A DNA stretch of 64,000 nt, from NCBI RefSeq assembly GCF_024223415.1, contig NZ_CP100500.1; one strand, 5' to 3'. The stretch comes from Escherichia coli (GTDB lineage: Bacteria > Pseudomonadota > Gammaproteobacteria > Enterobacterales > Enterobacteriaceae). Position numbers and translations under genes: made by a program. Each line of letters opens with the position of its first letter. The stretch's first letter is position 1. A model generated the notes under the pieces. That model was given only the letters and a program-made list of their open reading frames with translations. It did not search any database and was not told the origin of the DNA. This document shows, in pieces, positions 30,245 through 42,081 of the stretch.

Positions 30245-30517
30245 TCAACTGCGAATATCATCATACTCCCGCGTTTTATCAAATTCGTGTTTCGCAAATG
30301 GGCATAGTGGGATAATTTTTCGTTTTTCCCGACGCATTTTTTCCACGACTTTCGCAACCAGCTGTTTACCAATCCCTTGCCCTTTCAAGCTTTCATCGAC
30401 ATCGGTATGTTCGATAATTGCTAAATTCTCTCCGGTCGGTACAAAGACAATTTCAGCGATTTGCTTGCCTTGTTCGTCATTAATGTAAAATTTATTGTAG
30501 CCTTCGCGTATTTCCAT
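30245..30517 (-). CDS. yjdJ: GNAT-family acetyltransferase YjdJ
   Basis: 90-aa ORF in the conserved position; GNAT-like motif (QGIGKQLV). Confidence 0.8.
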   Translation of the reverse strand: MEIREGYNKFYINDEQGKQIAEIVFVPTGENLAIIEHTDVDESLKGQGIGKQLVAKVVEKMRREKRKIIPLCPFAKHEFDKTREYDDIRS

Positions 30518-30528
30518 TTTACCCTCGC

Positions 30529-30759
30529 TTATTTATGACGGTATTTCAGCGCGCCGCTCGGGCACGTATCAATCACTTTAACCACAGTGGCAACGTCGAC
30601 TTCATCCGGCATGATCCACGGCTTTCGTTTGAGATTAAATAACTTGCCGTTGCCACGTACGCAATTGCCAGAATGCTGACATATCGCAGTGTTGAAATAG
30701 ACATCGATCTTTTCGCCGGTATAACAGCGATAACCCCCGTCCAGTAGCGCCTGATCCAT
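30529..30759 (-). CDS. yjdI: small Cys-containing protein YjdI
   Basis: 76-aa ORF in the conserved position upstream of yjdJ. Confidence 0.75.
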   Translation of the reverse strand: MDQALLDGGYRCYTGEKIDVYFNTAICQHSGNCVRGNGKLFNLKRKPWIMPDEVDVATVVKVIDTCPSGALKYRHK

Positions 30760-30939
30760 GACCTTCCCTCTCTCATCAGTATGGTTTTCACTATAAGCAT
30801 AGCCCTGGAATCTTCATACAGCACTGGCAGTTTCCGTTGCCAGAGTCTCTTCCCCTATATAGCCAATCATTCTTACTCCCTTTGAATTACCCGCCTCATC
30901 AGAGATAATGCTTAAGAAATTTGTCACACAAGGAAGCTG

Positions 30940-32571
30940 ATGAGACATTCATTGCCCTACCGCATGTTACGCAAACGTCCGATGAAATTGAGTACCACAG
31001 TGATCTTAATGGTCAGCGCGGTACTGTTCTCGGTGCTATTGGTGGTGCATCTGATTTACTTCTCGCAAATCAGTGATATGACGCGAGACGGGCTAGCCAA
31101 CAAGGCACTGGCAGTGGCGCGTACTCTCGCCGACTCGCCGGAAATCCGTCAGGGCTTGCAGAAAAAACCGCAGGAGAGCGGCATCCAGGCCATCGCGGAA
31201 GCCGTGCGCAAACGCAACGATCTGCTGTTTATTGTCGTTACCGATATGCAAAGTCTTCGCTACTCGCATCCTGAAGCCCAGCGTATTGGTCAGCCATTTA
31301 AAGGTGATGACATCCTTAAAGCGCTGAAGGGCGAAGAAAATGTCGCTATCAATCGCGGTTTTCTGGCGCAGGCTTTACGCGTATTTACCCCCATCTATGA
31401 TGAAAATCATAAACAAATTGGCGTGGTGGCGATCGGCCTTGAGTTAAGCCGCGTGACCCAACAGATCAATGACAGTCGCTGGAGCATTATCTGGTCAGTA
31501 TTATTTGGCATGCTGGTCGGACTGATTGGCACCTGCATTCTGGTTAAAGTACTGAAAAAAATCCTTTTCGGCCTGGAACCCTACGAAATCTCCACGCTGT
31601 TTGAGCAACGCCAGGCCATGTTGCAGTCTATCAAAGAAGGCGTCGTTGCCGTGGACGATCGCGGCGAGGTCACGCTGATCAACGATGCCGCACAAGAATT
31701 GCTGAATTACCGTAAGTCGCAGGACGATGAGAAACTGTCGACGCTCAGCCACTCGTGGTCACAGGTGGTAGATGTCTCGGAAGTGTTACGCGACGGTACC
31801 CCGCGCCGCGACGAAGAGATTACGATTAAAGATCGGCTATTACTGATCAACACCGTTCCGGTGCGCAGTAATGGCGTTATCATCGGTGCCATTTCAACCT
31901 TCAGGGACAAAACTGAAGTACGTAAACTGATGCAGCGACTCGATGGTCTGGTCAACTATGCTGACGCACTTCGTGAACGATCCCACGAATTTATGAATAA
32001 ATTGCATGTGATTCTCGGATTATTGCATCTGAAGAGTTATAAGCAGTTGGAAGATTACATTCTCAAAACAGCCAATAACTATCAGGAAGAGATTGGCTCT
32101 CTGCTGGGTAAGATCAAATCTCCGGTTATCGCTGGTTTTTTAATCAGCAAGATTAACCGCGCGACCGATTTAGGCCATACGCTGATTTTAAACAGTGAAA
32201 GCCAGCTGCCAGACAGCGGCAGTGAGGACCAGGTCGCGACGCTGATTACCACATTGGGAAATCTGATAGAAAACGCGCTGGAAGCATTAGGGCCGGAACC
32301 CGGTGGCGAAATTAGCGTAACATTGCACTACCGTCACGGCTGGCTGCACTGCGAAGTTAACGATGATGGACCGGGGATCGCACCCGACAAAATCGATCAC
32401 ATTTTTGACAAAGGTGTCTCGACAAAAGGAAGCGAGCGAGGCGTCGGTTTAGCACTTGTCAAACAACAGGTAGAAAATCTCGGCGGCAGCATCGCCGTGG
32501 AATCGGAACCCGGGATTTTCACACAATTTTTTGTCCAGATACCCTGGGACGGGGAGAGGTCGAACAGATGA
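30940..32571 (+). CDS. dcuS: C4-dicarboxylate sensor histidine kinase
   Basis: 543-aa ORF matching DcuS (two TM segments, periplasmic domain, PAS and kinase domains); overlaps dcuR by 4 nt. Confidence 0.95.
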   Translation: MRHSLPYRMLRKRPMKLSTTVILMVSAVLFSVLLVVHLIYFSQISDMTRDGLANKALAVARTLADSPEIRQGLQKKPQESGIQAIAEAVRKRNDLLFIVVTDMQSLRYSHPEAQRIGQPFKGDDILKALKGEENVAINRGFLAQALRVFTPIYDENHKQIGVVAIGLELSRVTQQINDSRWSIIWSVLFGMLVGLIGTCILVKVLKKILFGLEPYEISTLFEQRQAMLQSIKEGVVAVDDRGEVTLINDAAQELLNYRKSQDDEKLSTLSHSWSQVVDVSEVLRDGTPRRDEEITIKDRLLLINTVPVRSNGVIIGAISTFRDKTEVRKLMQRLDGLVNYADALRERSHEFMNKLHVILGLLHLKSYKQLEDYILKTANNYQEEIGSLLGKIKSPVIAGFLISKINRATDLGHTLILNSESQLPDSGSEDQVATLITTLGNLIENALEALGPEPGGEISVTLHYRHGWLHCEVNDDGPGIAPDKIDHIFDKGVSTKGSERGVGLALVKQQVENLGGSIAVESEPGIFTQFFVQIPWDGERSNR

Positions 32572-33287
32572 TCAATGTATTAATTATCGATGACGACGCA
32601 ATGGTTGCGGAGCTGAATCGCCGATACGTAGCACAAATCCCAGGCTTTCAATGCTGTGGAACAGCCTCGACGCTGGAGAAAGCCAAAGAGATTATCTTCA
32701 ATAGCGATACGCCTATCGACCTGATATTGCTCGATATCTATATGCAAAAAGAGAACGGGCTCGATTTACTGCCTGTCCTGCATAACGCGCGTTGCAAAAG
32801 TGATGTGATTGTCATCTCCTCCGCAGCCGATGCGGCAACCATTAAAGATTCGCTGCATTACGGTGTCGTGGATTACCTGATCAAACCCTTCCAGGCTTCC
32901 CGCTTTGAAGAGGCGCTCACCGGCTGGCGGCAAAAGAAAATGGCGCTGGAAAAACATCAGTATTATGACCAGGCCGAGCTTGATCAGTTAATCCACGGCA
33001 GCAGCTCCAACGAGCAGGATCCTCGTCGCTTGCCAAAAGGCTTAACGCCGCAGACGTTACGCACGCTGTGCCAGTGGATTGACGCGCATCAGGACTATGA
33101 GTTTTCAACCGACGAGCTGGCTAACGAGGTTAACATCTCGCGTGTTTCCTGCCGTAAATACCTCATCTGGCTGGTCAACTGCCACATCTTGTTCACCAGT
33201 ATCCATTATGGCGTCACGGGGCGTCCGGTTTACCGTTACCGTATTCAGGCAGAACACTACTCACTACTGAAACAATATTGCCAATAA
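32568..33287 (+). CDS. dcuR: response regulator DcuR
   Basis: 239-aa CitB-family response regulator matching DcuR. Confidence 0.95.
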   Translation: MINVLIIDDDAMVAELNRRYVAQIPGFQCCGTASTLEKAKEIIFNSDTPIDLILLDIYMQKENGLDLLPVLHNARCKSDVIVISSAADAATIKDSLHYGVVDYLIKPFQASRFEEALTGWRQKKMALEKHQYYDQAELDQLIHGSSSNEQDPRRLPKGLTPQTLRTLCQWIDAHQDYEFSTDELANEVNISRVSCRKYLIWLVNCHILFTSIHYGVTGRPVYRYRIQAEHYSLLKQYCQ

Positions 33288-33857
33288 CGGATCGCTGGTT
33301 ATCTGTAAGTAATAATTATTACCGTAATGCAAAATACCCCTGGCACAAGTTACATCCTTCATCAGTAAAACTTGTGCCAGATCAAATATAATTATCCCTC
33401 CATCATCGCTAAAAATTAATATCTCTTCAGGTGAACGGTGTTTTTAATTTCAAAACGCTAACAAAAGTTAATTAACTATTATGTCACCCGCATTATGTGT
33501 ATTTTTACCCACAAATGGGTAGATCAGATTAATCTATAAACCTAATGACATCTGCCCTGAGAACAAAAAATAGACCGATAAATATCAATAAGATAACAGC
33601 AAACAAAACATTAACATCTGCGCAGTACAAACTATAAACCCATCGCCAGAGAGTCTTTCTCTCTGAAAAAGCCGCTTATCACAGTGCATAAATTTGCCGC
33701 TGCTTTAATCAGCCAATATTCACTGTGAGGTATTTGCTAAAGCCGGTAACGACCAAACGGATATTTAGTCAGGCTCTGAAAACAGTTCATACAAAACAGA
33801 ACGTGACTGTGATCTATTCAGCAAAAATTTAAATAGGATTATCGCGAGGGTTCACAC

Positions 33858-35198
33858 ATGTTATTTACTATCCAACTTATCATAATACTGATATGTCTGT
33901 TTTATGGTGCCAGAAAGGGTGGTATCGCGCTGGGTTTATTAGGCGGTATCGGTCTGGTCATTCTGGTCTTCGTCTTCCACCTTCAACCAGGTAAACCACC
34001 GGTTGATGTCATGCTGGTTATCATTGCGGTGGTTGCGGCATCGGCGACCTTGCAAGCTTCGGGCGGTCTTGATGTCATGCTGCAAATTGCCGAGAAGCTG
34101 CTGCGCCGCAACCCGAAATATGTCTCAATTGTCGCGCCGTTTGTGACCTGTACGCTGACCATTCTTTGCGGTACGGGTCATGTGGTTTACACCATTCTGC
34201 CGATCATCTACGACGTCGCCATTAAGAACAACATCCGTCCGGAACGTCCGATGGCGGCAAGTTCTATCGGTGCACAGATGGGGATTATCGCCAGTCCGGT
34301 GTCGGTTGCGGTCGTGTCTCTGGTTGCAATGCTGGGTAATGTCACCTTTGATGGTCGCCATCTTGAGTTCCTCGACCTGCTGGCAATCACCATTCCATCG
34401 ACGTTAATCGGTATCCTGGCGATCGGTATCTTCAGCTGGTTCCGCGGTAAAGATCTGGATAAAGACGAAGAGTTCCAGAAATTCATCTCAGTACCGGAAA
34501 ACCGTGAGTATGTTTACGGTGATACCGCGACGCTGCTCGATAAAAAACTGCCGAAAAGCAACTGGCTGGCAATGTGGATTTTCCTCGGTGCAATCGCTGT
34601 AGTCGCACTTCTTGGTGCTGATTCGGACCTGCGTCCATCCTTCGGCGGCAAACCGCTGTCGATGGTACTGGTTATTCAGATGTTTATGCTGCTGACGGGG
34701 GCGCTGATTATTATCCTGACCAAAACCAATCCCGCGTCTATCTCAAAAAACGAAGTCTTCCGTTCCGGTATGATCGCCATCGTGGCGGTGTACGGTATCG
34801 CATGGATGGCAGAAACCATGTTCGGTGCGCATATGTCTGAAATTCAGGGCGTACTGGGTGAAATGGTGAAAGAGTATCCGTGGGCCTATGCCATTGTTCT
34901 GCTGCTGGTTTCCAAGTTTGTAAACTCTCAGGCTGCGGCGCTGGCGGCGATTGTTCCGGTCGCGCTAGCGATCGGCGTTGATCCGGCATACATCGTGGCT
35001 TCAGCACCGGCTTGCTACGGTTATTACATCCTGCCGACTTATCCGAGCGATCTGGCAGCGATTCAGTTTGACCGTTCCGGCACCACCCACATCGGTCGCT
35101 TCGTCATCAACCACAGCTTTATTCTGCCGGGGTTGATTGGTGTGAGCGTATCGTGCGTCTTCGGCTGGATCTTCGCCGCGATGTACGGGTTCTTATAA
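33858..35198 (+). CDS. dcuB: anaerobic C4-dicarboxylate transporter
   Basis: 446-aa polytopic membrane protein matching DcuB; conserved position upstream of fumB. Confidence 0.95.
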
Positions 35199-35275
35199 AT
35201 GCACTTTGCGTGCCGCCCGTGACTACGCGGCACGCCATTTTCGAATAACAAATACAGAGTTACAGGCTGGAAGCT

Positions 35276-36922
35276 ATGTCAAACAAACCCTTTATCTACC
35301 AGGCACCTTTCCCGATGGGGAAAGACAATACCGAATACTATCTACTCACTTCCGATTACGTTAGCGTTGCCGACTTCGACGGCGAAACCATCCTGAAAGT
35401 GGAACCAGAAGCCCTGACCCTGCTGGCGCAGCAAGCCTTTCACGACGCTTCTTTCATGCTCCGTCCGGCACACCAGAAACAGGTTGCGGCTATTCTTCAC
35501 GATCCAGAAGCCAGCGAAAACGACAAGTACGTGGCACTGCAATTCTTAAGAAACTCCGAAATCGCCGCCAAAGGCGTGCTGCCGACCTGCCAGGATACCG
35601 GCACCGCGATCATCGTCGGTAAAAAAGGCCAGCGCGTGTGGACCGGTGGCGGTGATGAAGAAGCGCTGTCGAAAGGCGTCTATAACACCTATATCGAGGA
35701 TAACCTGCGCTACTCGCAAAACGCGGCGCTGGACATGTACAAAGAGGTCAACACCGGCACTAACCTGCCTGCACAAATCGACCTGTACGCGGTAGATGGC
35801 GATGAGTACAAATTCCTTTGCGTTGCGAAAGGCGGCGGCTCTGCCAACAAAACCTATCTCTACCAGGAAACCAAAGCCCTGCTGACTCCCGGCAAACTGA
35901 AAAACTTCCTCGTCGAGAAAATGCGTACCCTCGGTACTGCAGCCTGCCCGCCGTACCATATCGCGTTTGTGATTGGCGGTACGTCTGCGGAAACCAACCT
36001 GAAAACCGTCAAGTTAGCAAGCGCTCACTATTACGATGAACTGCCGACGGAAGGGAACGAACATGGTCAGGCGTTCCGCGATGTCCAGCTGGAACAGGAA
36101 CTGCTGGAAGAGGCCCAGAAACTCGGTCTTGGCGCGCAGTTTGGCGGTAAATACTTCGCGCACGACATTCGCGTTATCCGTCTGCCACGTCACGGCGCAT
36201 CCTGCCCGGTAGGCATGGGCGTCTCCTGCTCCGCTGACCGTAACATTAAAGCGAAAATCAACCGCGAAGGTATCTGGATCGAAAAACTGGAACACAATCC
36301 AGGTCAGTACATTCCACAAGAACTGCGCCAGGCCGGTGAAGGCGAAGCGGTGAAGGTCGATCTTAACCGCCCGATGAAAGAGATCCTCGCCCAGCTTTCG
36401 CAATATCCGGTTTCCACACGTTTGTCGCTCACCGGCACCATTATCGTGGGCCGAGATATTGCACACGCCAAGCTGAAAGAGCTGATTGACGCCGGTAAAG
36501 AACTTCCGCAGTACATCAAAGATCACCCGATCTACTACGCGGGTCCGGCGAAAACCCCTGCCGGTTATCCATCAGGTTCACTTGGCCCAACCACCGCAGG
36601 TCGTATGGACTCCTACGTGGATCTGCTGCAATCCCACGGCGGCAGCATGATCATGCTAGCGAAAGGTAACCGCAGTCAGCAGGTTACCGACGCGTGTCAT
36701 AAACACGGCGGCTTCTACCTCGGTAGCATCGGCGGTCCGGCGGCGGTACTGGCGCAGCAGAGCATCAAGCATCTGGAATGCGTCGCTTATCCGGAGCTGG
36801 GTATGGAAGCTATCTGGAAAATCGAAGTAGAAGATTTCCCGGCGTTTATCCTGGTCGATGACAAAGGTAACGACTTCTTCCAGCAAATCGTCAACAAACA
36901 GTGCGCGAACTGCACTAAGTAA
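35276..36922 (+). CDS. fumB: class I fumarate hydratase, anaerobic isoform
   Basis: 548-aa ORF matching the Fe-S class I fumarase; its position after dcuB indicates fumB. Confidence 0.95.
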   Translation: MSNKPFIYQAPFPMGKDNTEYYLLTSDYVSVADFDGETILKVEPEALTLLAQQAFHDASFMLRPAHQKQVAAILHDPEASENDKYVALQFLRNSEIAAKGVLPTCQDTGTAIIVGKKGQRVWTGGGDEEALSKGVYNTYIEDNLRYSQNAALDMYKEVNTGTNLPAQIDLYAVDGDEYKFLCVAKGGGSANKTYLYQETKALLTPGKLKNFLVEKMRTLGTAACPPYHIAFVIGGTSAETNLKTVKLASAHYYDELPTEGNEHGQAFRDVQLEQELLEEAQKLGLGAQFGGKYFAHDIRVIRLPRHGASCPVGMGVSCSADRNIKAKINREGIWIEKLEHNPGQYIPQELRQAGEGEAVKVDLNRPMKEILAQLSQYPVSTRLSLTGTIIVGRDIAHAKLKELIDAGKELPQYIKDHPIYYAGPAKTPAGYPSGSLGPTTAGRMDSYVDLLQSHGGSMIMLAKGNRSQQVTDACHKHGGFYLGSIGGPAAVLAQQSIKHLECVAYPELGMEAIWKIEVEDFPAFILVDDKGNDFFQQIVNKQCANCTK

Positions 36923-37044
36923 CCTCTTCGGCCCAGCGCCTGGCAGCATGCTGCCAGGTGATCCCCCTGGGCCACCTCTTTTGCGATTGTAATTTCACGC
37001 TTGCTGGTGAATAGTCAGTATTTTCCCTGACTTGCGAACTCACC

Positions 37045-37674
37045 ATGACCCGCACACTCAAGCCGTTAATTCTTAACACCGGCGCACTGGCGCTAACGTT
37101 AATCCTGATTTATACCGGCATTTCGGCCCATGACAAACTCACCTGGCTGATGGAAGTGACACCGGTGATTATTGTCGTGCCGCTACTGCTTGCCACCGCG
37201 AAACGTTATCCGTTAACGCCGCTGCTCTATACGCTCATTTTCTTTCACGCCATCATCCTGATGGTCGGCGGGCAATACACCTACGCGAAAGTCCCCATCG
37301 GTTTTGAGGTGCAGGAATGGCTGGGGTTGAGCCGTAATCCGTATGACAAGCTGGGGCATTTTTTCCAGGGGCTGGTGCCTGCACTGGTGGCACGAGAGAT
37401 CCTTGTGCGCGGGATGTACGTGCGCGGACGTAAAATGGTGGCGTTTCTGGTCTGCTGCGTGGCGCTGGCGATAAGCGCGATGTATGAATTAATCGAGTGG
37501 TGGGCGGCGCTGGCAATGGGCCAGGGAGCGGATGATTTTCTCGGCACCCAGGGCGACCAGTGGGACACGCAATCCGATATGTTCTGCGCGCTGCTTGGCG
37601 CATTAACGACGGTGATATTCCTCGCTCGCTTTCATTGCCGCCAGCTACGGCGCTTTGGCTTGATAACCGGATAA
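37045..37674 (+). CDS. yjdF: inner-membrane protein YjdF
   Basis: 209-aa hydrophobic ORF in the conserved position. Confidence 0.85.
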   Translation: MTRTLKPLILNTGALALTLILIYTGISAHDKLTWLMEVTPVIIVVPLLLATAKRYPLTPLLYTLIFFHAIILMVGGQYTYAKVPIGFEVQEWLGLSRNPYDKLGHFFQGLVPALVAREILVRGMYVRGRKMVAFLVCCVALAISAMYELIEWWAALAMGQGADDFLGTQGDQWDTQSDMFCALLGALTTVIFLARFHCRQLRRFGLITG

Positions 37675-37690
37675 CAACGTGCACTTTGTT

Positions 37691-37789
37691 GATGCCGGAT
37701 GCGGCGTGAATTCCTTATCCGGTCTACAAAATTTGCAAATCCAAAGCATTACATTAAGACGTGGCCTGATAAACATATCGCATCAGGCC
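37691..37789. repeat. REP-type palindromic units between convergent yjdF and melB
   Basis: gatgccggatgcggcgtgaa...ccttatccggtctac and ggcctgat...atcaggcc palindromes typical of E. coli REP/BIME. Confidence 0.6.
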
Positions 37790-37812
37790 ATTTTCGTTAG
37801 CTATTGTCCACG

Positions 37813-39234
37813 TCAGGCTTTCACATCACTCACTGCACCGACCGGAATATCAGCATGAACAGGCTCGGGCGGTACTTTGCGATATTTATCCAGCAGATGA
37901 ATCTGGATCCTGCGCAGCGTGTCGCCATTGAGGCGATAGAAACGGAAGTAGAGAATCAGCGTTACCATGAAAAACAGAGTCGGTAGAGCAATCATAATAA
38001 ACTGCATACCTAATAGGGCTTGCGTAGACTGTTCAACATTCGGTACATAGCCAATCATCCCTAACACAACCGCAATGAAAAAAGCCGCAAAGGCTGAACC
38101 GCCCTTCACCACCATAGTCTGCACGGAGTAAGCGATGCTTTCACAGCGTACGTGCAGTTTATATTCACCGTAATCAACGGTATCTGCCACCATGATGACC
38201 TGTAATACCCAGAAAAGCGCCGTTCCCACATTCAGCAAAATACCCGCAATCACAATGAGGACGACGTTGTGATAGCTCATTAATGCCATTAACAGGAGAA
38301 CACCACAGCTTAACACCGGAAGAATAGATGCTCCGGCCCATAAAATGCGTCGGGATAATGATTTAACTAAGCGTGGGAAGAATACTAACGTCACCAGGTT
38401 AGCAGCTCCCGCATACGACAGATAATAGGGGAACAAATCCGCATCACCGATAACATATGAGAAATAATAGATAGCAAAGCCGGTAATAATGTTGCTGGCT
38501 ACATTATAAGCAAGAGCCATACCCAAGAGGCATGAAAGCTGATCGTTTTTATAAATAAGCGCAACGATGGCTTTAAGTGTCAGATGGCTTCCTTCAGCAG
38601 ACGGTTGATTGTCTGACGAAAAGACTTCATGCACATTGCGCAGAGTGATGATGGTTGAAACAATAAAAAAGGCGATCAGTACCAGTGTGAACATCTGAAA
38701 GCCAAATCCCCGATCGCCACCGCCGACATAATTAACAAATGGTAGCGTCACACCTGCCGTAACAAAGCCCGCCAGACTGGCAAAAAAACGCGGATAAGGA
38801 ACCAGTTGTTCACGCTCACGTTTATCGAGCGTGATGGTTGGAACCAGCGACCAGAAGGGAATATCCATAATGGTGTAAGTCATGCCCCAGAGGATGTAGG
38901 TCACGCAAACAAAGACAATCTGAGTAGTACCTTCAAACAGATGCGCACTAAAGAGGAGAAATAAGATTACAGAGTTTGCCAACGTACCGATCAGGATCCA
39001 GGGTTTGAACTTACCCCATCGCGATCGCGTAGCATTTACAATCCATCCCATAATCGGATCGTTAATAGCATCCCAGATCCTCGCCACCAGAAACAAAGTA
39101 CCGACCAAACCCACAGACAGCCCGACGACATCGGTGTAGTAATACATGAGGTACATATACACAATGCCGATCGCAAAATCCTTCCCGAACGCTCCAAATC
39201 CATAACTGAGTTTTGTAGTCATTGAAATGCTCAT
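37813..39234 (-). CDS. melB: melibiose:cation symporter
   Basis: Start at [20 protein letters not shown] (473 aa), matching MelB. Confidence 0.95.
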   Translation of the reverse strand: MSISMTTKLSYGFGAFGKDFAIGIVYMYLMYYYTDVVGLSVGLVGTLFLVARIWDAINDPIMGWIVNATRSRWGKFKPWILIGTLANSVILFLLFSAHLFEGTTQIVFVCVTYILWGMTYTIMDIPFWSLVPTITLDKREREQLVPYPRFFASLAGFVTAGVTLPFVNYVGGGDRGFGFQMFTLVLIAFFIVSTIITLRNVHEVFSSDNQPSAEGSHLTLKAIVALIYKNDQLSCLLGMALAYNVASNIITGFAIYYFSYVIGDADLFPYYLSYAGAANLVTLVFFPRLVKSLSRRILWAGASILPVLSCGVLLLMALMSYHNVVLIVIAGILLNVGTALFWVLQVIMVADTVDYGEYKLHVRCESIAYSVQTMVVKGGSAFAAFFIAVVLGMIGYVPNVEQSTQALLGMQFIMIALPTLFFMVTLILYFRFYRLNGDTLRRIQIHLLDKYRKVPPEPVHADIPVGAVSDVKA

Positions 39235-39336
39235 AGGGTATCGGGTCGCTGTTACCAACGCCCGCCTTCTGTTATTGGTATCGTCAGAGGTGTGCGCCGG
39301 AATAAATCCCCCGGCGCAGTAGCGTTTAGTCGCGTT

Positions 39337-40692
39337 TTAACGGTGCAACCAGCCTGGCAGCCAGTCGCCGTGGGCGGCAATCAGGTCGTCAACAAGAGCA
39401 TATATTTCGTCAATGCCCAGCACGGCGGCAGTATGCGGGTCCATCATCGCGGCGTGGTAAACACGGTCGCGATTTTCCGTAAGAATAGCTTCGGTCAGCA
39501 GCGTCTGTACGTTAATGTTGGTTTGCATCAGGGCGGCCAGATGCGAAGGTAGCGTACCGACTTTGGTCGGCTGAATGCCATTAGCATCAACCAGACAGGC
39601 TACTTCCACGCAACATCCTTGTGGCAGGTTATCAATCAAACCATCGTTACGGACGTTGCCGTAAATCACACTCGGCTCGCCCGTCCAGATAGCGTTCATG
39701 ATTGTGCTGGCATATTCCCGTGACGGTTTAATATCAATCCGGGAGGCGTTCTTATACTCCTCCAGCTCTTTATGCCAGTTCGCCAGCTGCTCGACGCAGC
39801 GTTTCGGGTACTCATCCAGCGGTACTTTATAACGCTCAATCAAATCCTCACGACCTGGCTTAATAAACCACGGTGTGTACTCAGCAAAATGTTCTGACGA
39901 TTCCGTGACGAAATAGCCCAGCTTTTTGAACATTTCATAGCGCACAATATTCTGGCAGCGAGTATTGCCGTGAATATTCGGCTTCGGTGCCTGCCCTGCG
40001 TCATAAGCCGCCAGCAGTTCCGGGTAGAGATTCACGTAACTGCCGTCGGCGGTTTTACGCTCCAGCTCCAGGTAAAACGCCATATGGTTGATACCTGCGC
40101 AACGGTAACGCAGCGTAGCCGGGTCGATATTGAGGTCACGCGCCAGCTCTTCCGCCGTTCCCTGCACCGAATGGCACAGCCCGACCTGTTTGATATGCGG
40201 ATAGCGGGCATACATCGCCCAGGTATTCATCGCCATTGGGTTAACATAGTTGAGCATGGTGGCATCGGGGCAGACTTCTGTCATGTCCTCGCAAATTTGC
40301 CACAGATGCGGAATGGTACGTAGCGCGCGCATAATACCGCCCGGCCCCAACGTATCGGCAATGGTTTGTTCCAGACCATGCCGCTTACAGACCTCGAAAT
40401 CAGTCACCGTGCAAGGTTCATAACCGCCAATCTGAAATGCCACCACGACAAAATCGGCATCCTGTAAGGCTTCTTTCTGTTGGGTGTGGCAGGTGATTTT
40501 GCCGCTGGCCCCTGCTGAATCCATCAGCTTACGCACCACAATATGCGACTCTTCCAGGCGGGTGGGGTCAATGTCCATCAGGGCAATATGCGCCGTTTTC
40601 AGCGCCTCGCGATGGAACACATCACCAAGAATATTTTTAACGAAAATCGTCGAACCAGCGCCGATAAATGTAATTTTGGGTGCAGACATCAT
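39337..40692 (-). CDS. melA: alpha-galactosidase (NAD/Mn-dependent, GH4)
   Basis: 451-aa ORF matching MelA (MMSAPKITFIGAGSTIF...). Confidence 0.95.
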   Translation of the reverse strand: MMSAPKITFIGAGSTIFVKNILGDVFHREALKTAHIALMDIDPTRLEESHIVVRKLMDSAGASGKITCHTQQKEALQDADFVVVAFQIGGYEPCTVTDFEVCKRHGLEQTIADTLGPGGIMRALRTIPHLWQICEDMTEVCPDATMLNYVNPMAMNTWAMYARYPHIKQVGLCHSVQGTAEELARDLNIDPATLRYRCAGINHMAFYLELERKTADGSYVNLYPELLAAYDAGQAPKPNIHGNTRCQNIVRYEMFKKLGYFVTESSEHFAEYTPWFIKPGREDLIERYKVPLDEYPKRCVEQLANWHKELEEYKNASRIDIKPSREYASTIMNAIWTGEPSVIYGNVRNDGLIDNLPQGCCVEVACLVDANGIQPTKVGTLPSHLAALMQTNINVQTLLTEAILTENRDRVYHAAMMDPHTAAVLGIDEIYALVDDLIAAHGDWLPGWLHR

Positions 40693-40974
40693 GCAGATCT
40701 CCTGGCTTGCTTGAATAACTTCATCATGGCAGGCGAATCTGCAGAAAACCTCCGGCTTCCAGGTTGAGCATTCCCATAAACTCAGATCCTGCGTGAAGCA
40801 GCAGTAAATCTGAATTTATGGGAATAATTTACCTGAAAAGCAGAGTTTTCGGCCTCATGATGCTCGGACACTCCCCTCGCCCCTCTGGGAAGAGGGTGAA
40901 AACCGTGCTCCCACTCGCAGTCATCCTCCCTCACTCCTGCCATAATTCTGATATTCCAGGAAAGAGAGCCATCC

Positions 40975-41883
40975 ATGAATACAGATACGTTTATGTGCAG
41001 CAGCGACGAAAAACAGACCCGCAGCCCGCTGTCGCTGTATTCGGAATACCAGCGGATGGAGATTGAGTTTCGCGCACCGCATATCATGCCCACCAGCCAC
41101 TGGCATGGTCAGGTCGAAGTGAATGTGCCTTTCGATGGCGATGTGGAATACCTGATCAACAATGAAAAAGTGAATATCAATCAGGGACATATCACGCTGT
41201 TCTGGGCCTGTACACCGCACCAACTAACAGATACCGGAACCTGTCAGAGCATGGCGATTTTTAATCTGCCGATGCATCTGTTTCTCTCCTGGCCGCTGGA
41301 TAAAGACCTGATTAACCACGTCACTCACGGCATGGTGATCAAATCACTGGCTACACAGCAACTTAGCCCGTTTGAAGTGCGCCGCTGGCAGCAGGAATTG
41401 AACAGTCCGAATGAGCAAATTCGCCAGCTCGCCATTGATGAAATTGGCCTGATGCTCAAGCGATTTAGCCTCTCTGGCTGGGAACCGATTCTGGTCAATA
41501 AAACCTCGCGCACACACAAAAACAGCGTCTCGCGCCATGCGCAATTTTATGTTAGCCAGATGCTGGGCTTTATTGCCGAAAACTATGACCAGGCGCTGAC
41601 CATCAACGATGTGGCTGAGCACGTCAAACTTAACGCCAACTATGCAATGGGGATATTCCAGCGGGTCATGCAATTGACGATGAAACAGTACATTACCGCG
41701 ATGCGCATCAACCACGTTCGCGCGTTACTGAGCGATACCGATAAAAGTATTCTCGATATTGCCCTGACGGCAGGCTTTCGTTCAAGTAGTCGTTTTTACA
41801 GCACGTTCGGCAAATATGTCGGCATGTCGCCGCAACAATACCGCAAACTTAGCCAACAGCGCCGCCAGACGTTTCCCGGCTAA
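40975..41883 (+). CDS. melR: AraC-family activator of melAB
   Basis: 302-aa ORF matching MelR; divergent from melA. Confidence 0.95.
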   Translation: MNTDTFMCSSDEKQTRSPLSLYSEYQRMEIEFRAPHIMPTSHWHGQVEVNVPFDGDVEYLINNEKVNINQGHITLFWACTPHQLTDTGTCQSMAIFNLPMHLFLSWPLDKDLINHVTHGMVIKSLATQQLSPFEVRRWQQELNSPNEQIRQLAIDEIGLMLKRFSLSGWEPILVNKTSRTHKNSVSRHAQFYVSQMLGFIAENYDQALTINDVAEHVKLNANYAMGIFQRVMQLTMKQYITAMRINHVRALLSDTDKSILDIALTAGFRSSSRFYSTFGKYVGMSPQQYRKLSQQRRQTFPG

Positions 41884-42081
41884 AGACGATATCAGTATCA
41901 GCCAAAAAAATAGTTTAGCCGTCGATAATAAGCAGTGAAAATAATTTAAAATAATCACATAACATATTGTTTATAAAAACAAATATTTCAAAAATGTTTG
42001 TTTTTCACGCGCTTTACAGCCCGAAAAGGCCGGAAGATACTTGCCCGCAACGAAGATTCCTTCATAACCGGGTAAGCAATG

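Noticed and set aside
35546-36526. Minus-strand ORFs of 137 and 170 aa inside fumB
   Set aside because: Antisense to a highly conserved gene; no start context or family resemblance.
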